Virus record (IMG/VR): IMGVR_UViG_3300025138_000019
Strand: one strand, 5' to 3'
Source of the DNA: an uncultured virus (IMG/VR IMGVR_UViG_3300025138_000019)
Taxonomy: Duplodnaviria > Heunggongvirae > Uroviricota > Caudoviricetes
Length of the DNA stretch: 20,000 bases
The notes below the pieces were generated by a model, which did not search any database, was not told the DNA's origin, and saw only the letters and a program-made list of their open reading frames with translations. The position numbers and the translations under genes were made by a program. Shown here piece after piece: positions 1 through 8,359 of this stretch. Numbering within the stretch: the first letter of the stretch is position 1; each line of letters begins with the position of its first letter.

Positions 1-1214
1 GGTTCTGTACTATTGAACTGTCTATTAGTTCCTCCAGATTCACCAGATCTAAGTCCACTAACAGCACCACCTGCGCCTGGTGCATGGACAAGAACTATTT
101 CATTTGGAGTCCTAATTAGAACTGGTTTTAATACATTACCCGGAATTGCGTTGGTTAGGTTACCACCTTCTGTTAAGTAATTAATTCCCGGAGCTATATT
201 ACCAGTAACATTACTGTCACCAATAATTCCGTGCGTGGTAATTTCAAGATACTGACTCTCGATTTTTTTGGTTACAATTCCTAGTGTTTGATCTGCAAAG
301 TCTTGTGTAAGATTACTACCAAAAGTAAATCCGTCTGTGCTGTTAAATCGAACGATATCACCAAGACTATATGGAGAGTTATCTCCAACGTTCGGCATTA
401 TTCTAGATCTCAAATCTCCGCCGGTAGATCCAGTCTTACCACTTAGTAATTGACCTCTATATTGCAGAAGTAGTCCTTGGTTTCCTGTGATTCCTAGCAG
501 AACTGGCTTCGATACTAAACCTGTTATTTGTGGTTCTTCTGTGGTTATTCCGCCCATGTAATGAGTAGATGGGTTTAAGAAATATACCTGCCCTGTTGTC
601 AATCCACTCGGACCAACTTGAGATTGCATGAATGTATTTGTCAGGCCGGTAACATAACCGGATGTTGTGATGTCAATGATAGAAATGCCACCACACGCTC
701 CTCCGGTCGGGGGCGAAGAAGATATGCCAGTAACCATACCTATCATTTCCGCCCGGAAACCACTGTCCGCACAAGCGTAGGTTAATCCTGCTTCACTTGA
801 GGATGACAGTGTTCCGTGATTGCTATCCAGTCTAACGAAAGTTCCGACAGTGACTCCTGTAGTCTCTCCACCAGTTCCAAGATATCTAAAAACAGTGGCC
901 GGAACTCTGAGTCCGCCTGTATTTTCATCGCTTGATCCAGAAAAATTCAACTCTCCAGTTACAGTTAGATCACCGGCAACGGTATGGGTAGGAACACTGG
1001 ATGCCAGTTTAAGCTTGATATGACCTGCGGTTATTGCGTTTGTAGTGGCACCAAGAACAACATCTATACCATCACCAGTACCGGCAATGTTATATAAATG
1101 CATACTGTTTAGCTTAGTAATAATTTCAGCGTTCTCTTTTTGAACCCAATCATAGAAAGTAGTATTACTGGCTAACTCTTCTATTCTTTGAAAATTATCA
1201 TTTTCAATCGTCAT
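1..1214 (-). CDS. Virion structural / tail-fibre-like protein, 3'-truncated by the window edge (not in ORF track)
   Basis: ATG at 1214 preceded by AAGGGA. The frame reads MTIENDNFQRIEELASNTTFYDWVQKEN... and stays open to base 1 (~404 codons). It is Gly/Thr-rich with two copies of a module ending G-x-x-T...P...KPVL, and lies downstream of the gp8/DUF4815-like genes. Confidence 0.8.
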   Translation of the reverse strand, partial: MTIENDNFQRIEELASNTTFYDWVQKENAEIITKLNSMHLYNIAGTGDGIDVVLGATTNAITAGHIKLKLASSVPTHTVAGDLTVTGELNFSGSSDENTGGLRVPATVFRYLGTGGETTGVTVGTFVRLDSNHGTLSSSSEAGLTYACADSGFRAEMIGMVTGISSSPPTGGACGGISIIDITTSGYVTGLTNTFMQSQVGPSGLTTGQVYFLNPSTHYMGGITTEEPQITGLVSKPVLLGITGNQGLLLQYRGQLLSGKTGSTGGDLRSRIMPNVGDNSPYSLGDIVRFNSTDGFTFGSNLTQDFADQTLGIVTKKIESQYLEITTHGIIGDSNVTGNIAPGINYLTEGGNLTNAIPGNVLKPVLIRTPNEIVLVHAPGAGGAVSGLRSGESGGTNRQFNSTE

Positions 1215-1239
1215 CTGTGTGTTCCCTTACTAAAGCCTA

Positions 1240-2022
1240 TCATGCGGTATCAACCAAGTAATTATTAATAAATCTTATCGTCTGATCAGCCCGAGGGCTG
1301 GCAATTGCAGAGACTCTGGTTCTATCGGGGTTGACGGGAGTTGCCCCACCATTACTCGAACCAAAAATGACGGGAGTCAGAACTAGTTTCACTCTAACAG
1401 CGCCAAGTGGTGGTGTTCCTTCTAAACTGGAGTTATCTGCAAGATCGGGATCAAACTCAAACCCCTCTACATTTTCATTTGCAAGAAAATATTTTTTACT
1501 AATCTGGAAACCAACAGCACTGCCATTGGAAACTCCCTCAAACCTGTAAGTACCAAAGTCTCCATCACCTTCAAAATATACCCACTGCTTGAGACCACCA
1601 CCAACATCGTCAGGTAAAGTTACTAAGAACCAACCCGGATCAACTTCAATCAGGCTCCCGCCGGAAGACCAACTTCCACGGACACCCACCGTGGGAGAAA
1701 CCGGACATGCGCCAGGAGCGGTAACATCACCCCAACCCGGTCCAGATACATCTGCGTCTGGAGCTACTAGACCACCCCAGTTACTCATCATTGTTGTTGT
1801 TAAGGTTTGATTAAGAAAAAATCTTTCCTGAACTTCATTCAATTCAGAAGCTTGCAAAGGATATCCGGGAACGAACCCAGTGAATGTGTAATTTTTAGGA
1901 AGACCTGTTGCCTGCAATTCTTGGTTAACTGTTCTGGCATAATAGGGAAAACTGCTAAGAGGGAATGAGAATTGTCCCCCAGCCTGTGCTTTACCGAATG
2001 GAATTAAAGATCGTTCTGCCAT
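1240..2022 (-). CDS. DUF4815-like virion structural protein (short form)
   Basis: PYY...KNY..GFVPGYPLQASELNEVQ resembles the DUF4815 N-terminal motif (PYYDD...F.PG..VQARELTQLQ). Position directly after gp8 is typical. Confidence 0.65.
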   Translation of the reverse strand: MAERSLIPFGKAQAGGQFSFPLSSFPYYARTVNQELQATGLPKNYTFTGFVPGYPLQASELNEVQERFFLNQTLTTTMMSNWGGLVAPDADVSGPGWGDVTAPGACPVSPTVGVRGSWSSGGSLIEVDPGWFLVTLPDDVGGGLKQWVYFEGDGDFGTYRFEGVSNGSAVGFQISKKYFLANENVEGFEFDPDLADNSSLEGTPPLGAVRVKLVLTPVIFGSSNGGATPVNPDRTRVSAIASPRADQTIRFINNYLVDTA

Positions 2023-2030
2023 ATATTACC

Positions 2031-3875
2031 TCAGCTCCCCGCCATGTTAAGTACGATGTTAGCTCTAAATTTTCTTCCACTCTCTGACATAACTCCCTTT
2101 GAAGACAATTCAGTAGAAGATGGAATCACAACTTTAGTTGCTCCTGTATGTAGGTTCTTACCTGTATTCGCTTTTATCTCGGGTGTCTGTGTCACGTTCG
2201 TTATAATGTAATCACTACCACCCAAAGTCAGTGTTGTTCCAGATTTAAAGTTTTCTGGCTTTGCAGTCGCCAACTCTATACTAACTACAGAAGAACTTGT
2301 TTGTGTGGAGGCAACAATTTTATCTCTTGCAGCAGATTGTGCTTTTTTTGGTTTCAATGATCTTCCCACAGAAAACAATGTAGCCTTGGCTACCACAGAA
2401 AGTGCCGGTGCATCTGGTTCTGTCGATGCAATTGCGGTAAATTTAGTTGTAGAAGCAACGACAGATTTTTCTGAAACATTTTTATCAGAAAATAACACTG
2501 TGCCATCTAATTTTTGAGCACCCTCTATCAAACCAAACTTATAAAACTCTGTCTGATCTGTGCTGTTTGCTATGTCGGTATAATCAAGAGAAGCCGTAAC
2601 AGAAACTCTAGTTGCCTCTAGAACTTGTCTCAAATTAAATCCACCAATCGGCTCCATTCCAAGTGTAATTACATTTTCCAACACAGTTTTATCATTAACA
2701 CCAGAAACATCTGATAGATCAACTGTAAAGTCACTATAACCTGATCCATTGTTTTCTATTTTTATACCAGTTATGAGATATCTCTGTTGATCTTTGCTTA
2801 AACTTGCATCGTTTGTTCTTTCTGTCAACAATCTTATTGTTGCATTGGAACCGGACGATGAGAGCAAAGGAATTACCGGATTCGATACATTAATTCTTTT
2901 CTGTATATCCGTCAAACCAGACAAATCAATTTCACAAGAAATGATTCTGCCACCAGCAGTTCGAGTGTTTATTAAACTAGATGCAGTTGAATTTGGATTA
3001 TATGAGAATATGTTCTCTGCTAGTTTTTCTATGTCTGTCTTTGTTGACTTGGTTGGATCACAATTAGGACAAGAAGAACATGTAGATCCGCCAGGTCCTA
3101 ATTTTTCGGTAAAGGTACTTTCTAAATCTAAAGAATTTGCGATAGTGTCACAATCCATACATGTTGTGCAAGAGAATGACATAACAAGGTCGCTCTTTCC
3201 AAAAGTGGCACCTTTAGATTGTGAGAATCCACCTTCTCTTGCATATAAACAACAAGATCCAGTTTGTCCAGCACCAGTAGGGCAAATTTGCAGAGCTTTC
3301 GTGGTGAGAGAACCCGTTTTTGTTTTTATATCAGAAAAATCAAATGGATCGGGGACTGCGATCCATTTGTCAAAGTTTACTGAATTCTTTTGACCCAAAT
3401 CTTCTCTGAAAAGAAACAGATATGAGTAACCATCCTTTTCTGTGACAATACCAGATTGGTGTGTTGGCATAACATTTGCAACTGGTTGTAGGGGTGTCCC
3501 GTTGAACTGTTTATTGTTTAGTGGATTATTACCTAGAACCAAATAAGTGCTTCCATTTGGTGTAATTAGATAATAATTTTTTCCTGTGTTGGAGTCTTCT
3601 GGATTCCATGCATAATATGGTGATCCTTGTGCCCATTTTACTCTTCTTGCTACAACCTTAACATCGTCGGCCGATATTTTTGAATATAGTGTTGCATCAC
3701 TTCCTGCATCAATCTGATCTTTTGCTGTGTTCAGAGTACCAGCTCTTCCTGTTGGTTCAGGTGAACCCAGAAATAATGACAAAGATCTATCCCCTTTTTG
3801 GATAGACTTCACGAATTGGTGTGCGTTGTTGGCACCCAGTCCTATTGGTGAAATGTTGTTTTTAGTTACAGCCAT
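2031..3875 (-). CDS. gp8: Baseplate wedge protein gp8-like, with a Cys-rich insertion
   Basis: VARRVKWAQGSPYYAW, YYLITPNGSTYLVLGNN and PTH..G...KDGYSYLFLF match gp8 motifs (RRDW..G..Y; VYKCLDN; DGY.WKY). Synteny gp6-gp7-gp8. Confidence 0.8.
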   Translation of the reverse strand: MAVTKNNISPIGLGANNAHQFVKSIQKGDRSLSLFLGSPEPTGRAGTLNTAKDQIDAGSDATLYSKISADDVKVVARRVKWAQGSPYYAWNPEDSNTGKNYYLITPNGSTYLVLGNNPLNNKQFNGTPLQPVANVMPTHQSGIVTEKDGYSYLFLFREDLGQKNSVNFDKWIAVPDPFDFSDIKTKTGSLTTKALQICPTGAGQTGSCCLYAREGGFSQSKGATFGKSDLVMSFSCTTCMDCDTIANSLDLESTFTEKLGPGGSTCSSCPNCDPTKSTKTDIEKLAENIFSYNPNSTASSLINTRTAGGRIISCEIDLSGLTDIQKRINVSNPVIPLLSSSGSNATIRLLTERTNDASLSKDQQRYLITGIKIENNGSGYSDFTVDLSDVSGVNDKTVLENVITLGMEPIGGFNLRQVLEATRVSVTASLDYTDIANSTDQTEFYKFGLIEGAQKLDGTVLFSDKNVSEKSVVASTTKFTAIASTEPDAPALSVVAKATLFSVGRSLKPKKAQSAARDKIVASTQTSSSVVSIELATAKPENFKSGTTLTLGGSDYIITNVTQTPEIKANTGKNLHTGATKVVIPSSTELSSKGVMSESGRKFRANIVLNMAGS

Positions 3876-3887
3876 TCTTCTTTCCTA

Positions 3888-5177
3888 TTAAGTACAGTTA
3901 CCATCAGCAGCACACAGATTATCACAACTAGTTATACCTAAATTCGGATTAGTTACACCATCTATATTTAGGGGTAAAAATAACATATCAAAAACCTTCA
4001 AATCACCAATCGGAGTTTCACCGCTTACACCACTAGCCCAGTTTGGGTGTACAAACGAGGGCATATTATATGTATTACCAGAAATTGCATCGGAGCTGGG
4101 AGATCCAGAACATCCGGCTATTGCATCAAATCCAATTATATTTTCCATTGAAAATACAACATAATTACCTATCTGTGGGTTTTCGAAGAATCGAGGATCT
4201 AGTCCATCGAAGGTAGATCCCACCACGGCAGGATTATAGTCATCTATTGTTGTTTGGAAAAATACTCTGGTGCCTATTGGGTGTAGAATATTATTATAAG
4301 AAACTTCATAATCAGCCAAAACTGGAATATCTTCTGCTTGTTCTGTCAAAAGATTTACAGTGTATGTAAAATCATTAAAGAATCTGTCAGTCATTCTTCC
4401 GTAGTTAAGAAGAGCATTTTCGCTTGCTTCTGAACCAAAAAATCCACCAGAAGATCCAGTATTGGTTGCGATGTTACCAAGATTCAACCGCATCATCTCA
4501 GTTTTTGGTTCTTGAACCTGAACACCATTTACTTTATCAAAAATTGTCGTAAAGAATCTCGATATTGCTTCTGGAGTTGTTTTTCTTCCATAAAGCTTAT
4601 CTTTTATATTCTTAATTAATCTCTTGGTACTATTGACATCAACTAAATTTAAATTCACTAATCCGTCAACAAAGGTATTGATAAAATGTTGAGCAGTAGT
4701 CTGATCCATAAATTCAATATCTTGAATTCTTTCTATTGTATCTACTCTATACTTTGCCCCAGCATTTTTATCACAATATAACCAATTATAGTAATACTGC
4801 AAAAATTTAACAAACAAAGTTTTTTCGTTACGATCTTCAACCTTCATCCAAAACGGGACAAATTTTCTCACATCATATGCAATACCACAACTGTCTGTTA
4901 ATAAATTTGGTATTCCATCCGCGTCCAATACTGGACCAGATGAAGGTACTTCCGAATCACCGAGCTGATTGTCTATGCCATTATCGGCCAAAGGACCTGG
5001 TATAACAGGTTTATTATTGTCGGAAGTGTCAGAACTAATAAAATTAACAAATTCTTCTATTACTTTATCTAAATCCAAATCTTTATTAAGGGACAATTCA
5101 ACTAAAGCCTGATCTTCTCTTTTAGAAGCCAGACTAGAGCCTTTTTTTACCTCATCTGAAAACGGAATTAGTGACAA
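3888..5177 (-). CDS. gp7: Baseplate wedge protein gp7-like (compact)
   Basis: LFVKFLQYYYNWL, LIKNIKDKLYGRKTTPEAISRFF, EPKTEMMRL and ILHPIGTRVF are gp7-type motifs. Lies between gp6 and gp8. TTG start preceded by GAGGG. Confidence 0.75.
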   Translation of the reverse strand: MSLIPFSDEVKKGSSLASKREDQALVELSLNKDLDLDKVIEEFVNFISSDTSDNNKPVIPGPLADNGIDNQLGDSEVPSSGPVLDADGIPNLLTDSCGIAYDVRKFVPFWMKVEDRNEKTLFVKFLQYYYNWLYCDKNAGAKYRVDTIERIQDIEFMDQTTAQHFINTFVDGLVNLNLVDVNSTKRLIKNIKDKLYGRKTTPEAISRFFTTIFDKVNGVQVQEPKTEMMRLNLGNIATNTGSSGGFFGSEASENALLNYGRMTDRFFNDFTYTVNLLTEQAEDIPVLADYEVSYNNILHPIGTRVFFQTTIDDYNPAVVGSTFDGLDPRFFENPQIGNYVVFSMENIIGFDAIAGCSGSPSSDAISGNTYNMPSFVHPNWASGVSGETPIGDLKVFDMLFLPLNIDGVTNPNLGITSCDNLCAADGNCT

Positions 5178-5187
5178 AATTTATCCC

Positions 5188-7035
5188 TCATGAATTTACT
5201 AGTCTTACTGAATTTGCAATTGGATTTATAATAACCTGGCGAACCCCCGAAACAGAAGTTATATCAAAAGGATTTGCAGTTAAAGTAAAGGGTCCTCTTG
5301 TGATTCCACTATTAATTTTTACAATCCCTGTGTCGAGATCAACATAACCAATACCAACATCTTCAACCACAGCACTACCTTCGTCTTCGATTAATCTAAG
5401 ACTAAAGCGTCGAGTTGGAACTCCGGGTATTTGTTGACCCTGCGATAAACGACAAGGAACAGAACTGAGTGGACTAGAAAACGAGTTTCCGCTCGTCATA
5501 TAAAATACTGCCAATTTATTACCAAAGTAAAATGTTTTTTCTCTTGTATTTGAAGTTGAACTCGATATGTTAAATGCACAGATAAAGAATGGATATGACA
5601 AATCAGTTTTGTCTGGATTTACAATTGGAACTATGCCCGGATCAATACTCTCTATATCTTGACCTAAAGCTAGTGTATCTAAAGAGTAATTAAACTTTCT
5701 ATTTGTAATTCTATTGAAAGCTTGATTTATTTCAGAGATGACTTGCTCGTCGGATTTTATTGCGTTTGTTTTGTCTCTTCTTACTATCAAGTCTACGTTG
5801 GCATTAACAAACTCAGCCTTTTTATATTCCGGTATAATAGTTACTACTGTTTTTTCTCGTAATATTTTTATAGCTTCTTCTGCGTTAGGGGAAGAAGGAT
5901 CAATTGCATTTTGGTTTCCATCAACTAAAGAAACAAAAAGTCTTCCTAATACTGGAGGGCTTAGTTCATCACCACCAAATACACTAATAAACTTATTGGG
6001 ATCGCCTTCTCCCTGACCAAATCCAGCTTCATTTAAAAGTGCAAGACAATCATTTTTAGTAACAGCTCTGTCTTGCGCCGCAAATGTTTTTGGTATGAAG
6101 AATCTAAGGTTATCTGGATCTGGATCATCTTTACCGCCGGAAGAGTTGCCAGTTTGTGGGACTAACTGTGTTCCCGAATTGAGTGATATTTGTGTTCCGC
6201 CGTCTATTGAATTGGGAATGGTTTTGTAAGCAAAGAATCCATAGTTGTTTCCTGCTTGACCACCGGACACCAAATACGAAACTCTAACAATACTGTTTGT
6301 GTTTAGTCCAGATCCTATAACAATTCCGGTACTGGGATCATATCTCCCACTGAAATTAACATAGAATCCATTTCTTTCTCTTTCTAAAAAGTAGACTGTA
6401 TCGTCTTCGAATATGTTTGGAGCAAAAGTACCACTTCTTCTGTACTCAACAAACGTACCTGTTCCTTCGACATCAACTTCAACTTTAATTGTTCTAATGT
6501 CAATGTCTGTGCTAGGAAGAAAAACTCTTTGTTGTTCTGGTTCAGTTTCAAAAATTTGTTCTATCACTGCTTCTGTCGCTTGATATGCATCAAAAATTGC
6601 AATCGGTTCTTCTGTCCCCGGAATATTCTGTAGAGTAAACTCTTTTGCGTTAAAGAACGTAGTTGTTTGTCCATTTGCATTAGTTGCTTGGATTGGCTGA
6701 AAAGCAGCAACCGAAGCTCCGGCTTCGCCGGCTACTCGCAATTTTAAACTTACCGAAGAAGAAATTCTACCGGGAACAACATAACCCATTGGTTTTGCTA
6801 AAGATATTAAAGAATCAGGTCTTTGTGCCGTATCAATGAACATCTCATTTGCAAACATGTTATTATAGAATGCATAATAAAAACTGTTATAAGCCAAAAG
6901 ATCAACTAAGGTTCCAATGGCAGATCCATCAAAGGAAAAATCTTTAAACTCTTCTTGTCCACCAAGAAATGACTTTAGACTTGCTTTGATTTCATCGAAA
7001 TCTAAACTACCTAGTTCAATTTTGGGATTGCTCAT
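5188..7035 (-). CDS. gp6: Baseplate wedge protein gp6
   Basis: LDFDEIKASLKSFL..QEEFKDFSFDGS..LVDLLAYN, NEMFIDTA..SLAKPMGYVP, AQDRAVTKND and VFGGDELSPP.LGRLFVS. Confidence 0.95.
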   Translation of the reverse strand: MSNPKIELGSLDFDEIKASLKSFLGGQEEFKDFSFDGSAIGTLVDLLAYNSFYYAFYNNMFANEMFIDTAQRPDSLISLAKPMGYVVPGRISSSVSLKLRVAGEAGASVAAFQPIQATNANGQTTTFFNAKEFTLQNIPGTEEPIAIFDAYQATEAVIEQIFETEPEQQRVFLPSTDIDIRTIKVEVDVEGTGTFVEYRRSGTFAPNIFEDDTVYFLERERNGFYVNFSGRYDPSTGIVIGSGLNTNSIVRVSYLVSGGQAGNNYGFFAYKTIPNSIDGGTQISLNSGTQLVPQTGNSSGGKDDPDPDNLRFFIPKTFAAQDRAVTKNDCLALLNEAGFGQGEGDPNKFISVFGGDELSPPVLGRLFVSLVDGNQNAIDPSSPNAEEAIKILREKTVVTIIPEYKKAEFVNANVDLIVRRDKTNAIKSDEQVISEINQAFNRITNRKFNYSLDTLALGQDIESIDPGIVPIVNPDKTDLSYPFFICAFNISSSTSNTREKTFYFGNKLAVFYMTSGNSFSSPLSSVPCRLSQGQQIPGVPTRRFSLRLIEDEGSAVVEDVGIGYVDLDTGIVKINSGITRGPFTLTANPFDITSVSGVRQVIINPIANSVRLVNS

Positions 7036-7427
7036 TATCGAAGCCTTTCTAACTCAACCACAATTGTGGATGTATCGGTAACAGTTGTGTCCTGCAAAAT
7101 AACCTTGTAAGTAACTCTAACATCAACATCAAAATTACTCTCCCTCTCCAGAATTTCAATTTTTTCTAGAGTGGCTCTGGGTTCATATCTTGCTATTAAG
7201 TTTTCCCATCTGTGTTGCAGTATACCATAATCAATAGCATTATCATTCTCAAACAAGTACTCATATAACCCACCACCGAAGTCCTCATCAAATGGTCTTT
7301 CTCCAAGTCCAGTCAGTATTATATTCTGAATAGACTGACGAACTGCATTTATATCAGTCTTCTTATTTACGTCTTTCGTAAAAGAATTCAATCCAAAACT
7401 AAAATCTAAGTCTGAATAAATGGGCAT
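7035..7427 (-). CDS. gp25: Baseplate wedge protein gp25
   Basis: YSDLDFSF, AVRQSIQNIILT..GERPFD.DFGG and YEPRA. Stop overlaps the gp6 start (TAATG). Confidence 0.95.
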   Translation of the reverse strand: MPIYSDLDFSFGLNSFTKDVNKKTDINAVRQSIQNIILTGLGERPFDEDFGGGLYEYLFENDNAIDYGILQHRWENLIARYEPRATLEKIEILERESNFDVDVRVTYKVILQDTTVTDTSTIVVELERLR

Positions 7428-7438
7428 GTGATGATTCC

Positions 7439-7459
7439 TTGGCTACTGTATTTAGCCAA
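7439..7459 (-). promoter_or_regulatory. T4-type late promoter CTAAATA inside a 7-bp inverted repeat, upstream of gp25
   Basis: Minus strand reads TTGGCTAAATACAGTAGCCAA-GGAATCATCAC-ATG. CTAAATA is at 7455-7449; arms are TTGGCTA/TAGCCAA. Confidence 0.6.
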
Positions 7460-7465
7460 TATTTT

Positions 7466-8359
7466 TTACTGGATATCTTTCAACCAGTCAGTGATTTCTT
7501 CGGATTCTTCTGGGCTTTTCAACAAACTATCTCTAGTTAAAGTAAGTCTCATGAAGTAAATTGTTGGATCATTCATTTCATGTGTAATTTCTTGAATCAT
7601 CCATTTACCACTCAAATTCTTTTCTTCTATATTAGGATCGGCCTCTTCTGGTGGAATAGTGATTCTTATGATATGACCTGGTCTTAGATTTAGATTACCA
7701 ACCATACCAATTTGTATGACCTGCGAACTTGCCAATTGTCCTTGAGCGTTTCTATACAACGGAGTGTGTGGCGGAGTATCCCAAAAAGTGGCTAAACTTT
7801 TCGTATATTCCATATATTCATGAAATTTATCCCCAATACACGGACAATTACAACTACTAGGACTATTTGGTTCGTCCCACAAACAACCGAGATACTCTTC
7901 ACCTAAAACATCTTCTATTTTAAGGCATTCTTTTGTATCTAAAACCATATCATCCAGTTCATCATCAGTTGGATCTGGATCTATTGGAAATTCAAGTAAT
8001 GCAGTTTTTGCATCAGCCAATGTTTCAAACTGAATAAAGTTCCATTCATCATCCAAACCCTCTTGTTCTAAAACGACATAGTTAGTCGTAGAGTCAAGAT
8101 TTACAATACTTCCAAATCTAGACCTAAACCACTGTATGAAATCCAGTTTTTCATATATTTTTGCTTTCCTTGGTTGTAGATCTTTACATGGGCAGTTACA
8201 GTATGGATCATCCTCGGGACATCCAGCGTTGCTAACTTCTCCGCCAGGATTTGCACAAATATACTCGTCACGATATGCATACTTTGTGTTCATTTTTGTT
8301 TTTTTGCCCTCTTTTACATATTTTCGGAGAGCGTCTATTATTTGTAGATCAGTAGCCAT
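7466..8359 (-). CDS. Baseplate hub (gp27-like), C-terminal part, Cys-rich
   Basis: IQIGMVGNLNLRPGHIIRITIP...LSGKWMIQEITHEM...MRLTLTRDS is the characteristic C-terminus of T4-like hub proteins. Start re-called to ATG 8359 (MATDLQ), preceded by GAGGGAG and overlapping the upstream stop. Confidence 0.7.
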   Translation of the reverse strand: MATDLQIIDALRKYVKEGKKTKMNTKYAYRDEYICANPGGEVSNAGCPEDDPYCNCPCKDLQPRKAKIYEKLDFIQWFRSRFGSIVNLDSTTNYVVLEQEGLDDEWNFIQFETLADAKTALLEFPIDPDPTDDELDDMVLDTKECLKIEDVLGEEYLGCLWDEPNSPSSCNCPCIGDKFHEYMEYTKSLATFWDTPPHTPLYRNAQGQLASSQVIQIGMVGNLNLRPGHIIRITIPPEEADPNIEEKNLSGKWMIQEITHEMNDPTIYFMRLTLTRDSLLKSPEESEEITDWLKDIQ

